Origin: a virus
Length of the DNA stretch: 64,000 bases
Reading direction: 5' to 3' (one strand)
IMG/VR virus record: IMGVR_UViG_3300025162_000043
Coordinates: 14,055-78,054 of that record
Both the position numbers and the translations under genes were made by a program. Positions 1 to 12,000 of this stretch are shown here, piece after piece. The notes under the pieces were generated by a model, which saw only the letters and a list, made by a program, of their open reading frames with translations, made no database searches and had not been told where the DNA came from. How positions within the stretch are numbered: the first letter of the stretch is position 1; every line of letters begins with the position of its first letter.

Positions 1-971
1 TTAATCACAAGGTAACAACAAAGCGGCACTGTGTCCTGACATGTAACGTGGGTGCCATTCCCAAGGATTTGTATAACCTTGCTAATCGGCATATCATACG
101 GCAAATCCCTCGCTTTGGCAATTCCATTCCACACTTGACCTTTAAGAGTAAGGCGTAAGAGATTCTGGTAGAAAATCTTGTCTTGATTCGGATAGTCAAG
201 ATAGTTGTTAATAGCTGCATCTGTCACATTATGAGACAGGGTAGTAACAGCAATTGACCCCGCAATCCCTTCTGGATGACAATGGGTTACTTCGGCTTGT
301 AATGCTGCCTCTGAAACAATTCGTTTCTCAAATCCACATAAACTACTACCCTCGGACCATGCGTCTTCATCTCCATGCCACGTAGGCGCAAGAAACGCAC
401 CCAATGGGGCAACTCTCATGGCAGAACCATTGCCACAGGAACCTTGAAGTTCACCTCCCGTTTCGCCTTTCTTCTGCCTTTCCAAAACAAGATTGACCTC
501 ATGCATTGCTGCCTTCGTATCTTTCCCTTGGGAAAGACTATCAACCAAGCTATCAATGTGAGACGGCATACCTTCCGATTTTGGTTTAATAAACTTATTG
601 GCAACTGGCCACGGAATTCCCTCGTAGATGTCTCGGAGAACTTTGCGAGTGTTGAGTCCATAACCGAAAATTTCTCCGTCGGGATCTCGCGTCATATATC
701 GAGTCGCAAACTCCATAGCCAATTTATTTTGATTAATATATGGACTACTTTTAACGTCAACCGCCATTAAATGATTAAAAATTACAATCGACTCTTCCGT
801 ATCATCCGAATATTGAAATTGCTTTTGAAACTTATTCAACTGTCCCCCAAACTGTTTCATTCCTTTTTCAAGAGCTTTAAGTATATCACCTACAGCGTAC
901 ATTTGGCCCAAATTTCCAATACAATCTCCGACCCATAATCCTTCCAGTGATCTCTTTGCATAATTTATCAT
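1..971 (-). CDS. ADP-ribosylglycohydrolase (DraG/ARH family), 3' end beyond window edge
   Basis: Not in the ORF track because no stop is reached. Manual translation from ATG 971 is open to base 1: MINYAKRSLEGLWVGDCIG...YSDDTEES...GSCGNGSAMRVAP...AEVTHCHPEGIAG...QDTVP, the classic ARH motifs. Confidence 0.9.
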   Translation of the reverse strand, partial: MINYAKRSLEGLWVGDCIGNLGQMYAVGDILKALEKGMKQFGGQLNKFQKQFQYSDDTEESIVIFNHLMAVDVKSSPYINQNKLAMEFATRYMTRDPDGEIFGYGLNTRKVLRDIYEGIPWPVANKFIKPKSEGMPSHIDSLVDSLSQGKDTKAAMHEVNLVLERQKKGETGGELQGSCGNGSAMRVAPLGAFLAPTWHGDEDAWSEGSSLCGFEKRIVSEAALQAEVTHCHPEGIAGSIAVTTLSHNVTDAAINNYLDYPNQDKIFYQNLLRLTLKGQVWNGIAKARDLPYDMPISKVIQILGNGTHVTCQDTVPLCCYLVI

Positions 972-1005
972 GTTTATATTCTTTCTGTGTATGTATTTCT
1001 ATATG

Positions 1006-1341
1006 TTATTGTAACTTCTTCAGTGGTTTTAACGGAGTAAAACGTTTCGACGTTTCAATATCAGCATTGATCCTGTCTTGTATTTCTACAAGTTTTTGCT
1101 TCAAACGCTCTCGTCGCTGTGTTAACACCGTGAACATCTTAAGATTGTGTAAATATAACCCCTCATTTCGTGGATTTTTGAATTGTGGATTGGGGCCAAT
1201 AGCGGCGAGTTCAAGCTCTATTTTAGGAATTTGCTCATCAATCTGCGTAATCATATCCTTCGTGCGATTATAGTAATCTATCACAGTTAGATTGTCAAGC
1301 AGGTTTCCTCTTACAAATCCAAACTCTTTCTCTTCTCCCAT
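1006..1341 (-). CDS. hypothetical coiled-coil protein
   Basis: 111-aa ORF packed between co-oriented genes. Confidence 0.7.
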   Translation of the reverse strand: MGEEKEFGFVRGNLLDNLTVIDYYNRTKDMITQIDEQIPKIELELAAIGPNPQFKNPRNEGLYLHNLKMFTVLTQRRERLKQKLVEIQDRINADIETSKRFTPLKPLKKLQ

Positions 1342-1344
1342 AGG

Positions 1345-2439
1345 TTATCTCCTATTACGATCTTCTACAAAAGTATAAAGCACTCTCGCCGTTGCTACTA
1401 CTTCTTCGGGCGAAATTTTATTATCCCTATTATTGTGAAGTAATACCGTTACGGCGCACTCTAAAATATCTTCCCTAATTTCAAACGCGTTTCGCCCTGC
1501 CACAGGCTGGCGACGTGAATAAACATCTTCAGTTTGAATTGTATCATTCCCAACACTTGGATGTAGAGGTGCTCCCACGAGTTTTTGAATGCGTTTCTTA
1601 TCTAAGACTAATGTGTTTCCGACCATGACTTTCTCCCCATCTTTCTCGATTGGAACATTTGTCTCGGGACGATTTTGCGAATGAATAACTGTATTGAAAA
1701 ATTTAAATGGTAACGGAGGTTTTCCTTCGGCAATATAAGTAATAACAAAATCTCGGGTATCATCAAACTCAATTTTAATATGAGAATTGAATTCCTGAAG
1801 TTTTTTTAAAGCATCACTGGGAAGTTGAGATAGAATAAGTTCTCTGTCCACCAATGGAAGTCCATTAAGACTAATGGATTCGGATTCATTAATTGACAAC
1901 ATCACACACAAAACTACCGACCCCTCATAAGTAAGATATTTAGGATAGGTTGCAATTTTCTCTTTGAAAGTTTCTATTAACTTCTTGGTTTCAACCAGAT
2001 TTTTGGTTTGTTCAATTGGGATTCCGCTGGAAAAATTAGGAGGAAATGTTTTCAGAGTTCCACCAACTTCTGCAATGATAGCTTTGAGATCAGACGTAGT
2101 AAGTCCCTCTTGAGCTTTCTCCACAAGGGCAATTCGAGCAGCAATGCGCTCTTTTTGACCGTCGGCATAAAACTGTGCGGATGATGATAGCTCTTTTTTG
2201 CCTGTGGGAATCTGACAGCCCCGCTCTTCTGGTTGTGCCGCGAACTTTTCTGAGATATTCTTGAGCAAGGTAGTAGCAAGTTCTTTTTCTCGGGGGGATT
2301 TAGCTTGCTCCAAAATCGCAGTTGCTTTGGCGACGTGCTCGGGGGACGGAAACATCTGACTCAAAGCTTTTTCTTGACGATCCCGCTCTTCTGGCGTATT
2401 ATTCTGCATATGACTATCCTTTCTGTGTGTGATTTCCAA
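1345..2439 (-). CDS. hypothetical phage protein (likely start 2409)
   Basis: 364-aa ORF; C-terminal NAFEIREDIL...PEEVVATARVLYTFV resembles a small helical motif recurrent in large phages. Confidence 0.75.
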   Translation of the reverse strand: MEITHRKDSHMQNNTPEERDRQEKALSQMFPSPEHVAKATAILEQAKSPREKELATTLLKNISEKFAAQPEERGCQIPTGKKELSSSAQFYADGQKERIAARIALVEKAQEGLTTSDLKAIIAEVGGTLKTFPPNFSSGIPIEQTKNLVETKKLIETFKEKIATYPKYLTYEGSVVLCVMLSINESESISLNGLPLVDRELILSQLPSDALKKLQEFNSHIKIEFDDTRDFVITYIAEGKPPLPFKFFNTVIHSQNRPETNVPIEKDGEKVMVGNTLVLDKKRIQKLVGAPLHPSVGNDTIQTEDVYSRRQPVAGRNAFEIREDILECAVTVLLHNNRDNKISPEEVVATARVLYTFVEDRNRR

Positions 2440-2579
2440 AATGGAAATGTGTGTATTCTGCTAATACATAGAACACATCCATTAAAAACAGAAATAAAAA
2501 TATTATTTTCTGTGTTTTTCGTAAAAACAAATATATGGCTTCTCAATTAATAGAACATTCGCATGACTATTTATAACAA

Positions 2580-3050
2580 ATGACGCAAAACTTATTTAAT
2601 AAACTACAATCAAATTTTAATACGTTTATTCGCGAAGCATCCAATCTCTTGCCAGAGCATTCAAACGATTTTACATTCAATTCGTCCCATATTGGAAGAA
2701 GACTGAATGATATTGCCAAAGACATTCAAATCAAGTCCATGATTGGAAGTGGAATACCAGAAGAAATCATTAAGAAATCCCTTCGAGGAAAGAAGTGGGG
2801 ATGGGAAGTTTCTGTAAATAAAATATTTGATTTGGAGAAAACATTCATATTTGGTTACGGCGACAATGAGATCGGATATAAGATTAGTTTCACCGATACA
2901 CTTGGAAATGAATTCATATGTCTTGTTAATACAAACTTTGAACTAGAACTCGGAAATCATTGTGTTATTGACGGAACTATTTCGGAAATTACTCCCGATA
3001 GAAATCAAATCCGACTCAACCGTGTAAAAATCATCAGAAAAACACAATGA
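2580..3050 (+). CDS. hypothetical protein, possible C-terminal OB-like fold
   Basis: 156-aa ORF preceded by CTATTTATA motif; convergent with the giant ORF. Confidence 0.65.
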   Translation: MTQNLFNKLQSNFNTFIREASNLLPEHSNDFTFNSSHIGRRLNDIAKDIQIKSMIGSGIPEEIIKKSLRGKKWGWEVSVNKIFDLEKTFIFGYGDNEIGYKISFTDTLGNEFICLVNTNFELELGNHCVIDGTISEITPDRNQIRLNRVKIIRKTQ

Positions 3051-6000
3051 TTACTTGAGCAATTTTGCTGTATGAGGATGCTCCATTATCATACTCACTA
3101 AATCTTTAATTATTCCTTCTTCGATAAATACTGAATACTTATCCCACAAGAATTGCATTAAGTCTTTGACCGTATTATGATAGTATGGTCCATCCTCAGG
3201 AGTCTTCCAATACGCTCCTATACCACTTGCGAAGAAAAATGCACGATCAGTTCCTCCTTTATTTTCATATATAACTTTGAAGGCAATATCCGTATCTGGT
3301 CCATCGTTGATTTTCTCCACGAACCCTATCTTAGCCAACGTATGAACATCATCGGAATTCAATGCGATGGAAGTATTCGGCGGAACATCTGCCCAATAAT
3401 TCTTCCACCATTCGGCATAGTCCGTACCACTATATGTCATCTCGCCCGTAACCTTTGGTTTTTTTTGAGTAGATGGTTTATGTTTGTTCCACAAAAACTC
3501 CATTCCTTCTTTTACGGATGAAAACTTCGTGGGGTCTGTACTAATAACTAACAACGGCGCATTCGCGTCGGGTGTCGTCCACGTTCTCCACTGCGAAGTA
3601 CCATCATCAAATACTTCAAACACTTCGTCTATAGTATCGGAGATTTTCTTGAAATATCCTTTGACGTTCGTATCCCGCTCGAATCCTATAGACTTAAGAA
3701 CATTTTCATCATACAGATTCACCGTAGTTGGGTAATGATGCGAATCCTTTATTTTGTAAGTAGCACCGCTATATGGCATATCTTCCATATCCTCAGTGCC
3801 CGCCAACACTTTCTTTTTTTCATTTCCTTGTATGCTTGGCTTGAATTTATCCCATAAGAACTGTAAACATTCCTTCACAGTAGGGAATTGATCCTTCTTC
3901 GTCCCAGTTCCCATATCATTTATACTTGCATGACCGTCAGCAAAAAATTCAACAAATTGCCCAATCCCCGTTTTCTCATACCATATCACATTTTCAGTTT
4001 TCACACGGACAAACCCCATTTTATTCAAGGTTTCTTCGTCTTGTGGAATAAGACTAATAGTAGTGTAAACAGGCTTTTTCTTCGGGTCTTCAGATGGTTG
4101 ATTATAATCATGCCCACTATATGGAACTTCATCTGACTGTTTCGCAGACCCCTTGTTCTTCCATAGCCAACGAATAGGCATTTCAATCTCTTGCCAATTT
4201 TGAGTGGGCTGACCATTCTTGTCGCTCCAATACTCCGTAAATCCAGAAGGATGGAATATCATCTTTTCATTTCCATTTTCATAGGAATATCCAACCTTAC
4301 TATTACCTACTTCGTTCCAACCCATTTGCTTTAACGTATGCACTTCGGCTAGATGTATGCTCATACCCTTGCCAGTCCCTATAACTTTCAATGCCACCTT
4401 GCCCCATTGCAAATAGTCAGTCCCTGACCACGGCATATCCTCAGTGCCCGCCAACACTTTCTTTTTTTTGTTTCCTTTTATGCTCGGTGACCCCCCAAAT
4501 AAGGTTTCCAATTTTTCAATAGCTTCTGGCACACTCAGAGTCCACTCCTCCAAAATTTTGTGGTATCCTTTCGTCGGCTTTGCATTACTCTTAGTAAACT
4601 CTATCGTTTGTTTCTCAACATGATAATTAATAGCGTATTGAAACGTCGATGTAAACTTCGTGAATAGAATCGGATAACTCTTCGGAGAGTTTGTATCAAT
4701 ATATTTAAATCCAAATTCTTTTATCTTTTCTTTTATCTTTTCTACTATAGGTTCTTTCTCATGCGCGGTTGATAAAGGCGATGTTATCCACAACTGTTCC
4801 ATAACACTCTTGACTGTGATAAAATCAAACTTTTTACCAGTACTATCAATCATTCGAGCATGTCCATTCACGAAAAAGTATATGATGTCACCATTTTTAC
4901 TATTGGAATAATAATAGGCATCATTGTTATCTTGTGATGTAACCCATCCTAATTTCTGCATCACCAAATCATCGGCAGGCACAAGCTTAATGGTAGCATC
5001 GGGATTGTGCTTTGTATTTTTAGCCCATCCAGAATAATCATATTCCGAAAATGGCATTGGAGATGAAACTTTTCCTTTTGTCGATGTCCCAATCTCTTGT
5101 GGAGGAAGAATTTTTCCTTTTATCGTTGTCCCTATACCAGAAGTTGTCCCTGTGCCGCTTGGCTTGAATTTATCCCATAAGAACTGTAAACATTCCTTCA
5201 CAGTAGGGAATTGATCCTTTTTCGTCCCAATTCCCATATCCTTTATACTTGCATGACCATCCCCAAAAAATTCGACAAGTTGTGCAATCCCCACTTTCTC
5301 ATACCATATCATATGTTCAGTTTGCACACGGTGAAATCCCATTTTATTCAAGGTTTCTTCGTCTTGTAGAATAAGACTAATAGTAGTATAAACAGGCTTT
5401 TTCTTCGGGTCTTTAGATGGCTGATTATAATCATGCCCACTATATGGAACTTCATCTGACTGTTTTAATGACGACATCGTTGAATGTTCAGGTGTAGATG
5501 CTTCAAAGTTCTTAGATGCAGACCATAGGATGGCGTCATAAAAATTTGTAAACTTCTTTTCCTTCACTTCTTCATATCCCTCACTGTTATCAGGCCGCAT
5601 TAATTGCGCCTGTGCTTGTCCATTCCCAAAAAACGTAATGCATACTTTAAGTCCTCCACTGCCGAAGGCATGTTCATATCTCGTTTCTTCTGACACATAG
5701 ATAAATCCTTGGAGGATAAGTTCAGCAGAAAGATCAGTGGCAAGAAGCAATTTGATTCCACTCGTGTTATGATCTTCCAATACATGAAGGCCATATGTCA
5801 AACTCTCAAACACGAAAGAACCAAGCAGCCTGTCTACTCCAGCAGTATCATAAAGACAGAACTCCATAGTATGATTAGGAAACACCACTACCACTTCCTT
5901 GATTTTCAACGTCGTTTTATTATCAGGTAGAAGTTTATCGAAATACAAGTCATTAGGCACTAATTTGTTCGTCTGTTCTGCAAACCCAATTATCTTCATC

Positions 6001-9000
6001 TTACTTTTAAGTTGATCTATCTCATACTTTGACAAAGGATGGAATCCCCATTCAAGTTCGCCATACTTCGACTTAAGCATATCGAAGAAATGACCAATGC
6101 TGTTATCCATACCCCCGCCCTCACCCATACCAGTAAATTTATACCACACAAAACCTTCTTCAAAAATCTTGAACTTGTCTTTTGTCTTGTAATTCTCGTA
6201 TGTGTTAGTTGTTGCATTGAACACAAATCCTGCCTGTAGAACTGCTTTATGATCCGAGTCAATCAATTTAACTGCTTTATTTGTGACCGAATACGTATTC
6301 CATTCGGGAACCGTTGGTGAGTAATTCTTTGGGTCCAACGGATAGATTTTCTTTGGCGCTCCTGTGGATGTTCCCATAAGAAAATATTTCTCAATTCTCA
6401 ATTGAATTTGACTGAAATCTTTCGAGCAAAAATACCGTGGGTTTCCTTCTGCGGTATGATAAAAATAAACAATAGTCCCATTCTTATCGAAACGAACGGC
6501 CTGCCAACTAGTTCCAACTTTACCATTGATATCTTTCCAAGAGTACATCGCACTATCTGGCATCCATTCAAACCCATAAGCATCTAACTCTTTATGTATC
6601 CAATCTTCTGGCTTGATATTAGTCGGATTTTTTTTCGGTGCATACGGTTGATATGGCGTCCACCCATTTGGAGCATTGAAATAGTTGGCATCACCTTTCT
6701 TAAGAGCATCATCTTCGGATTGAACAAAATTTCCAAAGTCGGCATTCTCTATCTTTTTTATGGTGACCAAAACATAATATAAATCAGAACTTGAGAATTC
6801 TCTATAGGTATAAATTTTTTCATCCGTTGTATGAGGATGACTTATGACATAAACATTACCAGTCCATTTAATACATGTTCCCACGAACTCATTATACTTT
6901 TTGTAATAACTCTTCGTCGAGGGGTCATACTCAAATCCACGATTCCCAAAATCCTTATGAGCAAACGGCGGAGCTTGAAAACTATCTAAGTCGAGGAACG
7001 TCTGGGAAGCATTAGGCTTATTAATGGCAACATTAACTGGCTCCAAGGGTCCAGGCAAATCCTGCTGAGTATCAACAGGAATAGTCTTAATATTACCAGC
7101 TAATTTATGCTTCCATCGCTTCCAAATAAAAGCCAAGACGATAAGAATCTTACCTTCTTCCGTTTGTTCTTCTGTATCTTTCTCAAAGTATTGCCAAATA
7201 GCATAGCCCGTATCATACGCAGTAAATACTTCATATTTGTCATCTTTTATGGCGTCTTTATTTATGGCTTCTTGAACTTTAGACATATCATTCGAGCCAA
7301 GCTCTTTGATATACTTCATGTTTGCCTTATCAAAATGAAATCCGAGCTGTTTCATTATAGCATCATCATGAGGATTGAGTTGAATCTCCACTACATTGCC
7401 TCCAACATCGGACTTGTAATCTTGATTACTAAATACACTGTGTTTAACCACTACGAACTTCAAAGCATGAGGAATGTTATCAAACGTAGTAACCTCCCCG
7501 TTTTCAGGTTTATCGGGATGACCGAAATAATCAATATATTCCGCCTTTCCTGTATCAAAAAATTTAATAATATTTCCCTGCGGATTTTTATAGAGAGGAT
7601 TTTCCGATGGAAATGGCATAAACTCCATCAATTGGAGTAATTCCGCATCATGAACATTCAGCCAAATCATATCAGCATTTCCCTCAACATCATGAGTCTT
7701 GTATGCCTTGCCACTAGGAGTCATCGCACCCATTTCATGGTCTGTATCTTCCTGAGATGGCATGGCGGCAATAAACATCTGGTCAATAGCTTCTTCATTA
7801 ACACCAGGAGTAACATTCGCTAACGCCTTCTCCAAAAACTTAGGCTGGTCATCCTTGAGAATGCCAAATCCTTTCGCTCCTTGACTAAAATGCCAATTGA
7901 TGGCTTTCTCATACAATTCAAAGTAAAATCCACTCGGGTGAACCCACTTATTTCCATATGCGGACAGATTCTCAGACTTGAATCCTTTGCTCTTAAGAAG
8001 ATCAAGGATTTCGGGACCGGGATAATACATCTCACCCTGGTCATTCAATGGTCCTTCCGCCTGGCCAAGATTATGTCCATCGGCATCCTTAATAGACTTG
8101 TGAGTAACAAGGTTTGTAATATTATTCTTAATCCATTCGACCATCGCATCTTTATGATGCTCTACAAATGTGTAAACTCTGTACATGCCACTTGGATCGT
8201 CTGACACCGCCTGTCTAATATACCACACGACATTGGTTCCGACTATCTTTTTGCCGATAGCAAACTTCAAAACATTTCCGCCAAGAATATGAATTTCTCC
8301 ATTCTCACTGGCATGGCTGGATTGGAAATAAATACTATCAATACTTCCCGCTGGTGCTCCTATGTCTTTTAAATCCTTCGTGATAAGATTTTTAGCATTA
8401 AAATCATTCGTAAGAATACTACCATCATTCGTAGAGAATTTGTCAGGAGTAAGACCATAAGAGGCACTAGGATTTGCTTCCAAAAAGGTAACTACTTGAT
8501 ACGGATATTTATATAGATGCAGACCAAACTCCTTAACAAGTTTGTTCATATCAGAAATACGACAAACTGGTTTACTCTCATCAACCTTTCGGTTATAGAA
8601 TACTGCCCGATAACCATGCGAATTGTAGTAAGCGGCAACTGAATTGGTTTCATGACTTGGCTTAAAGATCCATCCCAGTTTCTTCATCCTATCGTCATCT
8701 TCTTTCGTCAGCCGAATAGAATAGACATTCGTGTAATGCCCGAGATCATCATAATAACTCTTGGCGTAATCATCGTCGGAAGATTGTTGTGATGGCCATT
8801 GAGACGTTGTTGACATTCCTGCAGCACCAGACAAATAATTCTTCAAATCTTGGTTGTTGGTAAATGCTAGATTCGCTTGGGTTGCGGGAAATACTATCTC
8901 GGAATTACCATCCAAGGTATAATAATGAAGTTTAGTTCCGTTAGAATGCAAGAATATAAGATCTGTGCCTTCTTGAGAATTTTCTTGGCCGTGATATACA

Positions 9001-12000
9001 AATCCCGATTTAATAATAATATCATTAAGTGATTCGTCCCCCGTGGACCATCCAAGGCCAACATAATCATCGCTATATTCCAACAATATATCAATGCGTT
9101 TAGCTAAATCGTATGTACTCTCATATGAAAACGATATTGGATCACTATCGTCCACCGTTTGCATAACACCGCCAGATGGAAATGGCACAACTATTAATTT
9201 ATCATTCGTCCATTTAAACCCCATCTCAGTTAATTGGTCTTCAATTTTCTGAAACTTTCCTTTCACAAGAACTTGAGTAAAATATGCATCAATCCAACTC
9301 TTCGGCTTCAAATACTTATCCGTAAGATATTGCTTTAAAATAGCATATGTATTGAAGAAAAATGACTTGGGCTTCGATGTCCCTGCCAGAACTGATCGGG
9401 CAGGAGTAACTGTAGAACTACCATCCGCATGAAGTTCAACATGGTCAATAACTGGTTTAAGATTTGAAATACTAGTCTTATCCCACTTCGTAGTCCATTG
9501 GTGAAACTTATTCTCGGTTTTGAATCCAATAACTTCCAACTGATTTTGTATATCTATGAGTTCAGAGGATACCTTATTCTCATACTTCATTTCCATCCAA
9601 GCAATAAGTTCAGGAATAGTCTTGAATCCCACCATCACTTTACTCCCACTTGGAGTTTCCTTAGTTTCCTTATACCATACACGAGAACTTCCATCGTCGA
9701 AGAGATAAATACGCTCATCCTCATCATTATCATACACTTTGGCATTCTTGGAAACATTAGCATCAAGCGCAAGCGTTGTTGTATTAATGTAATTATATCC
9801 AGCATTGGCCATCAACGAAGCCAACTTGCCTTCGGGCACAATATTTCCTTCATCAGGAAGAGGCTCATTTTTCATCTCCTTAGAAATAACATCATATATT
9901 TCCTCCCAAGAGTTTGCCGTGGATATAATTTTCCATTCGTCAAAACTATTATTGGCTTCAAATAACTTGTAAGTTCCGTCGGCCATCTTGGAAAGGACAT
10001 AATTCTTCCCGCCTGAATCTAATTCGCCCGTCTCAATAAAGACATATGGAACCTTTCCCCCCGACTCCTTGGAAGTCATATACTTTCGACGAACTTTAGC
10101 TTTCGGCTTATACTCCTTGACCAAATCCTTTATAATCTTTAATTCATCATCATCAATTTTATCTACTTCTGTCGGCTCTTCTTTAACATAACTGTTGAGG
10201 TAATAATCAAGATACACAAGCATTTTTTCAAATGTATTAAATTTCCTAATAGGGAAATAAGCATCATTAACTCCTTTGGAAATTACATATTCACCTTCAT
10301 CTTTAGTAATCTTCAACCACACCTTATGAACAGGATCGGAAATACCTAAACTATACGCTTCTTCTGGAGACGAAGTATCCTCCGTCAACTTTTTAGTGTA
10401 CATTGTGGAGATAGTAAGTTTAAACTTCTTAACCAACTTCTTCAACTCTTCCACTTCGGTTACAGATAATTTCTCAGGGTTATGAGATGGAGTTGTCTTT
10501 GCTAATGGATGCTTAAGCTTGGAATTCTTCAATGCTTTAGCAATATGAGTGACCAAATCTTCAATATAAGCCGTCAATTCATTGAACGTAGAAACTTGCT
10601 TCTGAATTATCCACTCGCCATTTTTATTCGTATGATTATCCGTATAAACTCGATAAACATTCTCTTCTTTTGTTATCTTGTAATTCACACTATTATCGCC
10701 TACCCATCCCCAAATAATCATCGCATCTCCCGTAGGATCATACCCACTAAGATTAGGTAAGTGTTCAATAACAATATCTCCGATTGTCTTTTTCTCGTCG
10801 TCAAGCAATTTGGTCGGCACATCACCAGCAGGTGGAGGTTCTCCTAAATGAACAAGGAACTCGTCATTGTTCCCATCCATGTTCGGCAACCCATGCAGCT
10901 TGATATAGTCCAAGAACTGACCGAGATTCTCAATGGCCCATTTAGTCTTTGCAAGGCCACACGGCCCGCCCGTAACTTGCATAATGTAAACCCGTAACGC
11001 CTTAATGGCATTTACTTTTTTCGAATGTAATATTGTAAATTTATCTTGCTCTAGAAACTCACCACTATTTAACAGATTAAGAATACTATTATTAAATTTC
11101 GCTGCCGTGTCTGGAACCTGCCCCTTCAAATAGTAAATCTGGAACCAATTTGTAAATACTTGTGGATTCTTAGTGTGAATTGGTCCCATCACTCCCTTAT
11201 GCGTATAAGTCACTGCACCATGTGGTCCCACTGAAATAGTTTCGTTACCACCTTTAACATAAGTAAGTGACTTACCTTCCTCGGGCTTAATGGAATTGAA
11301 ATTGGCACTCGTAGCTAAATCACCAATCATCTTCAATATTTCAGGATGAACTTCTGCTTGACTCGCTATCGCAGACAATATGGAGTGGATACGAGCAATA
11401 ATACCTGCTAAAGTTGGCGAATTGTCTTTGGGTTTGTTCTGGTCATCATTAATTTGATAAAAATTGCCAAGTTTCCCAATACTAAATATTATAGTCCCTG
11501 GTTCATCAAACTTTGGCTTATGAGTAACTTCAACATAAGCACTCTGTCCATATGCCGCATGAACATATTCGGACCATACACTTTCTCCATAGCTATCAAC
11601 TGCTTCTTTAATTTGTTGATAATCCTTTAATGTAATACCTTCTGCGGGTTTGTCTGTGGGTTTGTCTGGGGCCTCTATCTTATAAGGCTTCAATTGCTCA
11701 TGCAAATATAAAATTAATTTTTCCCACTCTGGCGCAATAACTACAGGTTCAAGTATTGGAGAATCAAACAACGGTATTTTTTGGAGGTGAAATTTATTAT
11801 CAAGTTTTCGAATGGTATAGAGCGTATCGACACCATCTTTAGCCACGATGTGAATATAAGCATTTCCAATCGGGTGATCAATATACTTAACTTTGGCAGT
11901 TAATCCATAACTAAACACAATCGCCTCAATGATTCCTATCTCTGTTTCCGATAAAGAATTATTCAAGTTTTGGAGAGATGGGTCTGCAGGCTCTATCTTA

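Noticed and set aside
1-971. Pseudogene or frameshifted ARH suggested by fragmentary ORF-track entries
   Set aside because: Codon-by-codon translation is open from 971 to the window edge.
3834-5465. Diversity-generating retroelement TR/VR pair
   Set aside because: Both copies are in-frame within one ORF, differences do not appear adenine-specific, and no reverse transcriptase is in the window.
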